Part shown: positions 48,234 to 57,932 of the stretch, piece by piece
Layout of the letters: each line of letters begins with the position of its first letter
Position numbering within the stretch: the stretch's first letter is position 1
Source of the DNA: Verrucomicrobiia bacterium
Lineage (GTDB): Bacteria; Verrucomicrobiota; Verrucomicrobiia; Limisphaerales; UBA1319
DNA length: 64,000 bases
Assembly: GCA_963664225.1 (NCBI GenBank)
Contig: OY760937.1
Span: 5,600,001-5,664,000, forward strand
Direction: 5' to 3'
Notes under the pieces: model-generated
The model's database searches: none
The model's input: only the letters and a program-made list of their open reading frames with translations
Told to the model about the DNA's origin: nothing
Made by a program: the position numbers and the translations under genes

Positions 48234-48527
48234 AGTACTCTGATTAATCAGTTTTTGGTGATAGGTAACATGCGATAAATGGCATTTATCAGCGCCGACG
48301 TCAATAAGGACGCTAAATTACGACAATTCAAAGGTTTGCAGAAAACCTCCACGATTCTGTGCGTGGACCTTTATCCTGTCGGATTCCATCTTTCACGGTT
48401 TACTTTGTTTAGACCGAAAATACGTCAGGTTATTCATAAAACTCCACTGAACCGGCGTTTGGCGACCGAGGGTCTGATTGTTTTTGTTTTATTCGGGAAA
48501 CCGTCCTGGTTAGTATGTGGCCGTCTT

Positions 48528-49196
48528 ATGACATTTAATTTGGAACCCGAGATATTGGCTCAACATATCGAGTCCACCTTGCTGCGACCCGACGCGACCC
48601 ATGAGGATGTCGAGCGCTTGTGCTTGCAGGCGCGAGAATTTGGATTTGCAGGCGTGTGCATACAGGGTTCGCGTGTGGTCGAAGCCGTTCATTTTCTGCA
48701 AGATAGCGATGTGAAGGTGGTCACCGTGGTCGGTTTTCCATTGGGAGGCATGGAGAGGGACGTTAAAAGGTATGAAACCGAGACGGCCATCGACAATGGC
48801 GCGAGTGAAATCGATGCCGTGATGAATATCGGCTGGTTTAAAGAGGGTAAAGACAAGGCTGTTTTCTGTGAATTACGCGACATCGTTGAGTCTGCCGATG
48901 AAAGAATGGTTAAAATCGTTATTGAGACCGCTCTATTGACCCCGGAAGAGATCGGCCGCGCGTGCAAATTGGCGATCGATTCGGGAGCCCATTTTGTGAA
49001 GACATCGACAGGATTCGCGAGTCGCGGTGCGACTGTGGAGGATATTGAAGTGATCCGGGCTGCAGTAGGCCCCGATTTCGGCATCAAGGCAGCGGGCGGC
49101 ATTCGTGACACCACAACAGCGCTGGCCCTGATCGAAGCGGGCGCCAACCGCCTGGGGACCTCGAGCGCGGCAATGGTTTTGCGGGGCGCGGCTTAA
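48528..49196 (+). CDS. deoC: Deoxyribose-phosphate aldolase
   Basis: TVVGFPLG, EIDAVMN, KIVIET, FVKTSTGF, IKAAGGIR, RLGTS. Likely start 48528. Confidence 0.93.
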   Translation: MTFNLEPEILAQHIESTLLRPDATHEDVERLCLQAREFGFAGVCIQGSRVVEAVHFLQDSDVKVVTVVGFPLGGMERDVKRYETETAIDNGASEIDAVMNIGWFKEGKDKAVFCELRDIVESADERMVKIVIETALLTPEEIGRACKLAIDSGAHFVKTSTGFASRGATVEDIEVIRAAVGPDFGIKAAGGIRDTTTALALIEAGANRLGTSSAAMVLRGAA

Positions 49197-49753
49197 TTCC
49201 AGGAGAGGTCTTCGGGGCTTTCTGCGATCAGGCGTTGTTTCCAACTCTTTTGGCGCATGATCATTTGCCAGATATGCGCTGGATCCTCGTGAAAGATCCA
49301 ATCCAGTGAACCGGGATGGCAGAGCCAGGCGTCACGTTTCATTTCCGCCTCCAATTGCCCTGCGCTCCAGCCTGAATAGCCTGCAAAGATCCGGATTTGT
49401 CTTGAAATGGCGTGATCATCCGCTAATTCAATCAAGGTATCCAGCGAATGGCCCAATTCCAGATCGGGCAGAACGTTTGCATCTTTAAGAGACTTTCCTG
49501 CAACCAGATAACTTAGAGCGGAGGGTTGAACCGGCCCACCAAGAAATAAAGGCTGGCCCTGGAGTGAATCTGGAAGATTGGAGGGCAGCACGTCGCCGAC
49601 TATTGTTCCGCTCGCACGGCCAAGCACCAAACCGAATGCCCCGTCTGCGTCGTGCTGACAGATGAGAACGACGCTCCTGTGAAAAAAGGAACCCTGCAAC
49701 ATGCCGCTGTCCAGCAGCATCTGTCCCTTAAGGGATTGGAAGGTTTTCGCCAT
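49193..49753 (-). CDS. YqgE/AlgH-family protein
   Basis: F.RSVVLICQH...GAFGLVL, GGPV, FAGYSGWSAGQLEAE. Confidence 0.93.
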   Translation of the reverse strand: MAKTFQSLKGQMLLDSGMLQGSFFHRSVVLICQHDADGAFGLVLGRASGTIVGDVLPSNLPDSLQGQPLFLGGPVQPSALSYLVAGKSLKDANVLPDLELGHSLDTLIELADDHAISRQIRIFAGYSGWSAGQLEAEMKRDAWLCHPGSLDWIFHEDPAHIWQMIMRQKSWKQRLIAESPEDLSWN

Positions 49754-49801
49754 GCGTCTGCTCGCTTGCCAACACTATAAATTTGGTTTAGTCCATTTGC
49801 C

Positions 49802-49918
49802 ATGACAAAAATCATCATGTTGTGTTTGCTCGCGGTAACCCTGCTGGCCGTTGGATGTTCAAGTCCCTCAGGCAGTCAGGAGTTTAAACCGGGCAAAGGC
49901 TGGACGCCGGTCAAGTAG
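49802..49918 (+). CDS. 38-aa putative lipoprotein (not in ORF track)
   Basis: MTKIIMLCLLAVTLLAVG-CSSPSGSQEFKPGKGWTPVK*; clean lipoprotein signal, followed by a terminator hairpin. Confidence 0.65.
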   Translation: MTKIIMLCLLAVTLLAVGCSSPSGSQEFKPGKGWTPVK

Positions 49919-49931
49919 GCTCGCGTTCAGT

Positions 49932-49967
49932 AAAAAAGCCGATGGAAGTCATATTCCACCGGCTTTT
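49932..49967. terminator. Bidirectional terminator between the small lipoprotein gene and tkt
   Basis: AAAAAAGCCGATGGAA...TTCCACCGGCTTTT. Confidence 0.75.
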
Positions 49968-49995
49968 GAATCGCTCGTCAGGATTCTAGATCAAA

Positions 49996-51831
49996 TCAAA
50001 TGGATTTGACCTTCAGTACGATCGCGGCCGCGTCGATTCCGTATTTGGCCATCAATTCTTCAGGTTTGCCGGATCTGGGCAGTTCGAAAATCGCCAGTTT
50101 GTGCACTTTGATGCCGTCCTTGCTCAACGAACCCGCCACAGCGTCACCCAAACCGCCTTCGGGATAGTGATCCTCCACGGTTAGCACCAGGTTATTGGTC
50201 TTTTGAGCGGCGGCCCGAATGACATCCGCGCCAATCGGCTTGACGGAGTAGGCGTCAATGACGGTGATGCCAATTCCCTCCTTGGCAAGGGTATCCGCAG
50301 CCTGCAAGGCTTCGAAGAGCGTCACACCCGCGCCTACCACGGTGATTTTGTCCCCCGCCTTTTGCCTGAGCACCTTGGCGCCGCCGATGGGGAATGATTC
50401 GTCGTTTTTATAAATAACCGGTGTCTTGGGGCGGCTGGTGCGCAGGAAGGCCACACCCCGGTGCTGGGCCATCTGTTCGACCAGTTTTTCAGCGCACACG
50501 GCATCGCTGGGGTAAAGAACCGTGCTTCCTGCCACCGCGCGCATGATGGCAATATCCTCCAGGCCCATCTGGGAGCCGCCATCTTCACCGATGCTGACGC
50601 CCACATGCGATCCAACCAGCTTGAGGTTCGCCAACGAAATGCCCGCCATGCGGATTTGATCAAAAGCGCGTGCGAAGAAGGCGGCAAAGGTCGATACGAA
50701 GGGCGTCTTGCCTCGTGTGGAAAATCCGGTCGCCACACCGACCATGTTTTGTTCGGCGATAAAGCATTCCGTGAACCGCGCCGGAAACTTCTTCATGAAT
50801 TTATCGGCGTAGGTTGAATTCTTGGTGTCGCCGTCCAGAGCGACGATGCGCGTATCCACCTCGCCAATGCGGGCGAGGGCAACGCCATAGGCTTCACGGG
50901 TGGCCACTTTGTCCCCCAATTTATAATTGAGCGGCGGGTAATTTGTTGAAAACTCGTTTTTTGGGGCCTCCAATTGGCTGGGCTTGGGTATGGGAACGCC
51001 CAAACCAGTCTTCGCCTTGGGCTGCAATTCAGCAATGGCCATGGCGGCTTCGTCTTTGGATAGGGCTTTCCCATGCCATCCATCCTTGTCCTGGATGAAA
51101 GAAATCCCGGCGCCTTTGAGGGTTTTTGCGATGATGGCCAACGGCTGGTCGCCTTTTTTGGCGGCCGCCAGGGCCTTTACAATTTCCTCCATGTTCTGGC
51201 CGTCCACGATCTTGACGCGCCAGCCAAAGGCCTTGAAACGGTCCGCATAGACTTTGAGGTCGTGGCCAAAGGCGGTCGCCTGGCTTTGCCCGAGGCGGTT
51301 GACATCGACGATGGCCACCAAATTGCCCAATTTATACACGCCAGCCAGGGAAGCGGCTTCCCAAACGCTGCCTTCGGCGCACTCGCCGTCACCCATCAGG
51401 ACGTAGGTGCGGAAATCCAATTGATCGAGACGCGCACACAGGGCCATGCCGACTCCGACGCCCAAGCCCTGGCCCAATGAGCCGGTGGCGACATCCGCAA
51501 ACGGAAGGCGCGGGGTGGGGTGGCCTTCGAGGTCGTTGCCCAAAACGCGAAGCTTGAGAAGCTCGGACGTCGGGAACAGCCCCGTTTCGGCCCAGGCGGC
51601 GTAGAGCAGGGGTGCTGCGTGACCCTTGGAAAGGATAAAGCGGTCGTTGTTGTAAAAGTGGGGATTCTTTGGGTCATAACGCATGTGCCCAAAAAAGAGC
51701 GCCGCAACAATATCCGCCGCTGAGCAGCAGGATGTGGGATGGCCGCTGCCTGCAGCCGTGGTGGCTGCAATCGAATGGATGCGCAACTGATTCGCAATAG
51801 CCGACAAATTTTCAATTAAAGCTGTTTTCAT
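49996..51831 (-). CDS. tkt: Transketolase (short single-chain type)
   Basis: SGHPTS, DRFILSKGHAAP, ATGSLGQG, GDGE..EGSVWE, IAEQNMV, GEDG.SQM. Confidence 0.95.
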   Translation of the reverse strand: MKTALIENLSAIANQLRIHSIAATTAAGSGHPTSCCSAADIVAALFFGHMRYDPKNPHFYNNDRFILSKGHAAPLLYAAWAETGLFPTSELLKLRVLGNDLEGHPTPRLPFADVATGSLGQGLGVGVGMALCARLDQLDFRTYVLMGDGECAEGSVWEAASLAGVYKLGNLVAIVDVNRLGQSQATAFGHDLKVYADRFKAFGWRVKIVDGQNMEEIVKALAAAKKGDQPLAIIAKTLKGAGISFIQDKDGWHGKALSKDEAAMAIAELQPKAKTGLGVPIPKPSQLEAPKNEFSTNYPPLNYKLGDKVATREAYGVALARIGEVDTRIVALDGDTKNSTYADKFMKKFPARFTECFIAEQNMVGVATGFSTRGKTPFVSTFAAFFARAFDQIRMAGISLANLKLVGSHVGVSIGEDGGSQMGLEDIAIMRAVAGSTVLYPSDAVCAEKLVEQMAQHRGVAFLRTSRPKTPVIYKNDESFPIGGAKVLRQKAGDKITVVGAGVTLFEALQAADTLAKEGIGITVIDAYSVKPIGADVIRAAAQKTNNLVLTVEDHYPEGGLGDAVAGSLSKDGIKVHKLAIFELPRSGKPEELMAKYGIDAAAIVLKVKSI

Positions 51832-51972
51832 TCGTACTTATTTTAAATTTCTCCGCCTTAATTTAAATATTATCATCAAAAAATGAAAGCTCGATTTCGG
51901 CATTGGACCTTCCCCGGATTAGGGGGGGTGTCCATAATTGTGCTGCGACCCGTTTCCTCGCAGTGGGTTAAT

Positions 51973-53829
51973 TTATTGGCCCTGGGTGGCGATTCGATAA
52001 AAGCATGCTGTGTCGGTGGACTGAAAATCGGTGAAAGCGGCTGTGTTTGTGACACCAACCACCTCGCCTATTTTTGTCCATACGCCTGAATCAAGCGCCA
52101 CTTTTTTGAAGATGGAATAAGTGTCTCCAACTCGCGCGTCCCACCGGAGCGTGAATTGCATTGGACCGGAAAAATAAACGCGATTAATGCCCAGTGGGGG
52201 TGCCGCGGGCAGCACAAAGACCTGAAGGGTTTTTACAATGTAGGTTGAAGCGTTCTGGGCAAACATCCAGTCCATGTAATTGCCCGCCCGATTGCCGATT
52301 CCTATGTCGGCCACACCGCCGATCCCGCCCCAACGATTAAAAGCGAGGAGCACTTGACGGGCATCGTGATTGTGGATCTGCATGGAACCGTAATTACCTG
52401 CGGATTGACTGTCGCCCCAATCGTAAGCCGCGTTGCTGGCGTTGGTCACTCCGGCGGAATTGGCGGGACTGGTGCTAGAAGGCCAGAACTCGAGGTTGCC
52501 ACCGGAAAGGTTCGTGCCTGCGATAATCTGTGCCACACTCGACAGGACATTCATGTTGGTGACTGGCTGTTGGAAAACGGCACCGCTGGCCAGTGTCGGG
52601 ACGCCAATTTGGTTCACATCCCTGGTGAACGCATCCATCGAAACCCATACATAGCTCAAAGGACCGCCGGCTTGCTGAAGTTCCAGGTAATAGGCGATCC
52701 GGTTGAAGTCGTGCACCTCGGCGCGACGATCCTGGTTGTAGGTCAAATTGTCGGCATAATTGGGCTTATCAGGAATCTCCAGCGAGTAAACCAATTGGTA
52801 GTTGGCAGATTCCGGGACGTTGATGATGGCACCACGACCGGCGAGCGAGGTGAAGGCTATGGTGGAGTTGGTGGCGATTTCCGTTTGCGCGGTGGTCCGG
52901 TCATGGATTCCGTTTACAGTCACTGTGTAAGTGGTGGATGGCTTTTGGGGTGAGGTCGAAAGGGTTATCTGTTGCCTGGTTGCCGTGTCGAGAACGGCGT
53001 CGATAACCTCAAGGCCACCGCTGAGGGTGAAGTTGGTGGGGTTCGCTGAATCGTCAGCAAGTGGTTTGCTAAAAACGACGGTCATATTTGTGAGTCCCAC
53101 CCAACCGTAGGCGCGCGCGATGGCCGGTGGAGATTTGCTGCCTTCCGGGGTAAACAGGTTGGTGATGGCTCCAAACCAGTTCGTGGCCATTTTGGCATAA
53201 CCGAGAGCGCCGGGATGGAGCTGATCGGGAAAGTCTGTGAGCGGCACCGCACTTCTGATGTCATCAAAATAGACCTCCCGGCCCAAGGCCCGCTGGCGCT
53301 GAACCATGGCCGGTATGAGAGGATTGAAGGTGGCTTGGATCTGGGTGTTGTAGGGTTCTCCGCGGACGAGCAAGTTTCCAACGATGATCTTGGCGTAGGG
53401 GCGGTTGGTGGCCATCCTGGCAATGAGGTTTTCAAGGCGGTTGATGGCGTGCGGGGTATCGTAACCCGTGCCATAATCATTCGTGCCGATCAGGAGGAGA
53501 ATCACGTCAGGATCACTCACCTTGGCAAACACGCCTTCCATGATGGAGTCGATCTGACCAATGAGCCAGCCGGAGTGTCCCTCGTGATCTGGATCAGGGA
53601 GTCCGGGCGCGCTGTTGTCGGTGAGGGTCCCGACAAAATCAACATTAAAGCCGGCATTGGTCAACAGGCTGTAGAGCCGGGCGCGATAGCCGCCGGGCGC
53701 GCCCGCACCATCCGTAATCGAGTCGCCCAGCGGCATGATGCGAATCGGAGGTTGTGCCGCCGCCAAGTCCATTCGAAAAGCTACAAGAAAAAGGAATGCA
53801 GCCAGGCAGAGTTTGAACAAGTATTGCAT
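51973..53829 (-). CDS. Secreted SGNH esterase + Ig-like domain + one ~205-aa repeat domain + C-terminal FYR domain
   Basis: IMPLGDSIT, HEGHSGW, IGTND, DQLHP; then YQLVYSLEIP...WVSMDAFT domain. Confidence 0.85.
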   Translation of the reverse strand: MQYLFKLCLAAFLFLVAFRMDLAAAQPPIRIMPLGDSITDGAGAPGGYRARLYSLLTNAGFNVDFVGTLTDNSAPGLPDPDHEGHSGWLIGQIDSIMEGVFAKVSDPDVILLLIGTNDYGTGYDTPHAINRLENLIARMATNRPYAKIIVGNLLVRGEPYNTQIQATFNPLIPAMVQRQRALGREVYFDDIRSAVPLTDFPDQLHPGALGYAKMATNWFGAITNLFTPEGSKSPPAIARAYGWVGLTNMTVVFSKPLADDSANPTNFTLSGGLEVIDAVLDTATRQQITLSTSPQKPSTTYTVTVNGIHDRTTAQTEIATNSTIAFTSLAGRGAIINVPESANYQLVYSLEIPDKPNYADNLTYNQDRRAEVHDFNRIAYYLELQQAGGPLSYVWVSMDAFTRDVNQIGVPTLASGAVFQQPVTNMNVLSSVAQIIAGTNLSGGNLEFWPSSTSPANSAGVTNASNAAYDWGDSQSAGNYGSMQIHNHDARQVLLAFNRWGGIGGVADIGIGNRAGNYMDWMFAQNASTYIVKTLQVFVLPAAPPLGINRVYFSGPMQFTLRWDARVGDTYSIFKKVALDSGVWTKIGEVVGVTNTAAFTDFQSTDTACFYRIATQGQ

Positions 53830-53941
53830 AGAAGGAGAACGGAGAGGAATAATGAAAATGGTTTTCCGGCCCGCCCGAATCGGACAGGCCGGAAACCGTG
53901 GGTCATGAATCAGTAATTTTCGTTTGTAACCGCGTTATGAC

Positions 53942-53975
53942 AAAAGGCGATGAGAAATCAGCATTTCTCATGGCC
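53942..53975 (-). terminator. Probable terminator of the 1253-aa gene
   Basis: GGCGATGAGAAAT-cagc-ATTTCTCATGGCC with a T-run on the minus strand; a second hairpin lies at 53860-53897. Confidence 0.55.
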
Positions 53976-53988
53976 ATTGAGTCAACGA

Positions 53989-56900
53989 TCAGGGCGTACG
54001 AACTTCGTAGAAGCTCGCCGCGTTGGTGGCCTGTGTATCAATCAACGATACCGTATTCGCCGTGGCGGTGGCTTCAGCAACCTTGGTCCATGTGCCAGTC
54101 CTCAGGTCGAGCTTTCGCCAGAGGGAGTAAACTGAGCCTGATTTGGCCTCGCAAGTCACCTTGAAATTCCCAGCGGACTGAAATCCCCGGCTGAGAATGT
54201 TGAACGGCTTTTGATCCAGAAGCACATAAACCTGGAGTGTTTTGACTGCGTAGCTTGAGGCGTTTCCTGCAAAGGTCCAGTCCGGCTGGCCCGTGGGGTT
54301 GTTGCCGATGCCCAGGCAGGCTGTGCCGCCGGAGCCACCCCAGTTGTTGAAGGCGAACAGGACCTGGCTGGCGTCGGCATTGTGCACCTGCATCGAGCCA
54401 TAGTTGCCCGGTGTGATCGTATCGCCCCAATCGAATGTGGTGTCGCTGGCATTAGGCACTCCTGCCGCATTGGGTTCGCTGTAATTGGAGGGCCAGAACT
54501 CGAGATTCCCGCCCGCTAGGTTTTGGCCGGTGGTGATGCTTTCGACGCTGGATGCCACGTTCATTTTGGCCACAGGCAGCTGAAACACTTCTCCGCTCGG
54601 CACTGTGGGAACTCCAATGCGGCTTGCATCATTTGTAAAGGCATCCATGGAGACCCAGATGTAATTCAGAAGACCCCCAACTGGCTGCAGTTCCAAATAA
54701 TAGGCCACCCGGCTGAAGCTCGTCATTGCCGCGTGGTGATCCACGTTATATGTAACGCCATTCAAGTAATTGGCCTCGTTTGGAATATCCAGTGAATAGA
54801 CCAGCGTATAGTCCGCGGCTTCCGGCACGTTTAAAACGGCGCCGCGTCCTGCAACGGAAGTCTTAAAGGTGGCCGTCGAATTCGGAGCCACCTCGAGATG
54901 CGCCGATGTCTGGTCGCGAACGCCGTTCACAGTCACCGTGTAGGACGTCAGCGGTTGCTGCGCAGTGGTGGTCAGAGTGACCATAAGTCTGTTGACCGGA
55001 TCCAAGGTCGCCTTGAGAACGTTGATTCCCCCATTCAGCGCGTAATGTGCCGTATTGGTGGCGTCATCTTCCAATGGCTTGCTGAAGGTGAGGACGACAT
55101 TCGTCAGCCCTGAAAGTCCCTTCGCCCCAGCCAATGCGGGGGGAGTGGCGCTGCTCGAAGACAAGACATAAACCTGAAGCGTTTTAACAGTGTAACCTGA
55201 GGCGTTGGCGGCAAAAGTCCAGTCAGGTTCGCCGTTGGGATTATTGCCAATGCCAAGATCCACAATTCCACTGGCACCGCCCCAGCGGTTAAAACCAAAG
55301 AGCACCTGGCTTGCCTCGGCGTTGCACACCTGCATTGAACCGTGGTTGCCGCCGGTCGCCATGTTGTCACCCCAATCGAACGCAGTTTCGCTGGCATTGG
55401 GAACGCCCGCAGTGTTGGCCGCGTCGTAATTGAAGGGCCAGAACTCGAGATTGCCTCCGGTCAGATTGGTGCCTGTGACAATCGACGCGACGCTGGATGC
55501 CACGTTCATGTTCGCCACGGGCTGTTGGAAGGTGACGCCGCTGGCCACAGTAGGCACACCGATCTGGTTGATGTCCGTCGTGAAGGCATCCATGGAAACC
55601 CAGACATAATTAAGCGCGCCGCCGGCTTGCTGCAATTCCAGGTAATAAGCCACCCGACTATAGCTCGTGACGTAATTTCTAAGGTCAATGTCGTAAACGA
55701 TTCCGCCGCTATAATTGGCTGAGTCGGGGATGTTGAGAGAATAGACCAGATCGTATGTTCCTGCCTCAGGGGCGTTATGCAGAGCGCCCGGGACGCGGGA
55801 CGCGGTAAATGAAATGGTCGAATTAGGCTCGATGGGAGTTTTGAAACCGGACCGCTCGAACACTCCGTTGACGGTTGCAATGTAAGCGGTCTTCGGCTGT
55901 TGTGCCGTGGTGGTCAGGGTAACGGTTGCCTTGCCCAAAGGATCCAGCGCGGCGCTTAGCACGGTGATGCCGCCGTCGATGGCGTAATGGCTGGTGTTAG
56001 TGGCGCTGTCATCGAGAGGCTTGCTGAAAGCGATCACCACATTGGTCAGGCCGCCAACCCCGATGGCGTTTAGTATCGTTGGCCGGTTGGTATCGTAAAC
56101 TGGAACGACATAAACCTGGAGCGTTTTGACGGAATAGAGCGAGGCGTTGCCCGAAAAAGTCCAGTCCGGCTCGCCGTTGGGTTTGCTACCGATGCCAACA
56201 TCGCCGATGTTGCCATTGCCGCCCCAGTTGTTGAAAGCCATTAGGACCTGGCTGGCATCGGCGTTGTGGATCTGCATGCAGCCATATTGTCCGGGTGTGG
56301 GCATATCTCCCCAGTCGTATGCAGTGTCACTGGCATTGGGCACGCCCGCTGAGTTGGTGGCCTGGTAATCGGTGGGCCAGAACTCAATATTTCCTCCGGC
56401 CAGGTTTTCGCCGACGGTGACGCCCGCGACGCTGGAAGCCACGTTCATTTTGACGACTGGCTGCTGGAACACGACGCCGCTGGGCACTGTAGGCACCCCG
56501 ATGCGGTTCACATCGTTGGTAAAGGCATCCATGGAAACCCAGATATAATTCAACAATCCACCGGGTTTTTGCAGTTCCAAATAATAGGCTATCCGGCTGA
56601 ATCCGGAAATCTCAGAGCGTTGGTCCACGTTATAGACCAGACCGGTTTTGTAATTGGCCGTATCGGGGATATCGAGTGAATAGACCAGCTTATAACCAGC
56701 GGCTTCCGGCACGTTCACAGCGGCGCCGCGTCCTGCGACGGAAGACTTGAAGTTGACCGTCGAGTTGGGAGCCACCTGGAGGTGCGCCGTCGTCTGGTCG
56801 CGAACGCCATTCACGGTTACCGTGTAATCCGTCAGCGGAAGTTGCGCGGTTGTGGTCAGCGTCACTTCAAGCTTGTTGATCGGTTCCAAGCTCGCATTGA

Positions 56901-57750
56901 GGACATTAATTCCGCCACTAATAGCGTAGTGGGCTATGTTTGTGGCATCAGGTTCCAACGCCTTGCTGAAGGTCAGGACCACATTCGTAAGTCCAGTAAG
57001 TCCAGTCGCCCCCGCGATCGCGGGCGGGATATCGCTGCTCGACGGCATGACGAACACCTGGAGCGTTTTGACAGCATAGCTCGAGGCGTTTTGGGCAAAG
57101 GTGTAGTCGGGATTACCGTTCGTATTGTTGCCAATGCCGACATCGACGACGCCACCAAAGCCGCCCCAACGGTTGAACGCAATGAGCATCTGGCTTGCTT
57201 CGCTGTTGCACACCTGCATGCAGCCGTAATTGCCGCCGCTGGACATGTTGTCGCCCCAGTCAAAATTGGCATCGCTGGCATTGGGCACACCTGCCGCATT
57301 AAGCCCGTCGTAATTGAAGGGCCAGAATTCGAGGTTGCCTCCGGTCAGATTGGTGCCGGTGACAATCCCCGCCACGCTGGAGATGACGTTCATGTTGGCC
57401 ACCGGTTGTTGGAAGGTGACACCGCTGGCCACGGTTGGAACGCCGATTTGGTTGGCGTCCACGGTAAATGCATCCATGGAGACCCAGATGTAATTGAGCG
57501 GGCCGTTGGTTGCCTGCAATTCCAGATAATAGGCCACCCGGCTGAAGCTGGTGGCGTAATTTCTAAGATCGATGTCGTAAGTGACCCCGCCGCCATAATT
57601 GGGCGCATCGGGGATGTTCAATGAATAGACCAGATCGTATTTTCCCGCCTCAGGGACGTTATTCAGAGCGCCCCGTTCGACAGCCATCGCAGCCGATGCC
57701 AGAAGCAAAAACGACACAGCAGGGAACAACCGCAGAAGAAACTTTAGCAT
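53989..57750 (-). CDS. Secreted multidomain protein: four ~205-aa repeat domains separated by three Ig-like domains
   Basis: Signal peptide AMA-V; four copies of VPEA..Y.LVYSL.IP...R.AYYLELQ...WVSMDAFT...EFWP...DWGD...KTLQV; spacers with LTFSK.L...Y.V.VNGV.D. Confidence 0.88.
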   Translation of the reverse strand: MLKFLLRLFPAVSFLLLASAAMAVERGALNNVPEAGKYDLVYSLNIPDAPNYGGGVTYDIDLRNYATSFSRVAYYLELQATNGPLNYIWVSMDAFTVDANQIGVPTVASGVTFQQPVANMNVISSVAGIVTGTNLTGGNLEFWPFNYDGLNAAGVPNASDANFDWGDNMSSGGNYGCMQVCNSEASQMLIAFNRWGGFGGVVDVGIGNNTNGNPDYTFAQNASSYAVKTLQVFVMPSSSDIPPAIAGATGLTGLTNVVLTFSKALEPDATNIAHYAISGGINVLNASLEPINKLEVTLTTTAQLPLTDYTVTVNGVRDQTTAHLQVAPNSTVNFKSSVAGRGAAVNVPEAAGYKLVYSLDIPDTANYKTGLVYNVDQRSEISGFSRIAYYLELQKPGGLLNYIWVSMDAFTNDVNRIGVPTVPSGVVFQQPVVKMNVASSVAGVTVGENLAGGNIEFWPTDYQATNSAGVPNASDTAYDWGDMPTPGQYGCMQIHNADASQVLMAFNNWGGNGNIGDVGIGSKPNGEPDWTFSGNASLYSVKTLQVYVVPVYDTNRPTILNAIGVGGLTNVVIAFSKPLDDSATNTSHYAIDGGITVLSAALDPLGKATVTLTTTAQQPKTAYIATVNGVFERSGFKTPIEPNSTISFTASRVPGALHNAPEAGTYDLVYSLNIPDSANYSGGIVYDIDLRNYVTSYSRVAYYLELQQAGGALNYVWVSMDAFTTDINQIGVPTVASGVTFQQPVANMNVASSVASIVTGTNLTGGNLEFWPFNYDAANTAGVPNASETAFDWGDNMATGGNHGSMQVCNAEASQVLFGFNRWGGASGIVDLGIGNNPNGEPDWTFAANASGYTVKTLQVYVLSSSSATPPALAGAKGLSGLTNVVLTFSKPLEDDATNTAHYALNGGINVLKATLDPVNRLMVTLTTTAQQPLTSYTVTVNGVRDQTSAHLEVAPNSTATFKTSVAGRGAVLNVPEAADYTLVYSLDIPNEANYLNGVTYNVDHHAAMTSFSRVAYYLELQPVGGLLNYIWVSMDAFTNDASRIGVPTVPSGEVFQLPVAKMNVASSVESITTGQNLAGGNLEFWPSNYSEPNAAGVPNASDTTFDWGDTITPGNYGSMQVHNADASQVLFAFNNWGGSGGTACLGIGNNPTGQPDWTFAGNASSYAVKTLQVYVLLDQKPFNILSRGFQSAGNFKVTCEAKSGSVYSLWRKLDLRTGTWTKVAEATATANTVSLIDTQATNAASFYEVRTP

Positions 57751-57932
57751 AATTCCACTCCGTTAGATTACATTTTTTATGAGAACGAACTAATCCTACA
57801 TCTTGTTGTCCCCCAGCGTCAAACGCAAATGTGGCGAAGTACATGAAGAGCCAAACACGATGGAGACATCATGGATATCAGCGATCCAGACACGCCTGAT
57901 CTGGCAGAGTGGGGACAGGGATGACGCACCCG

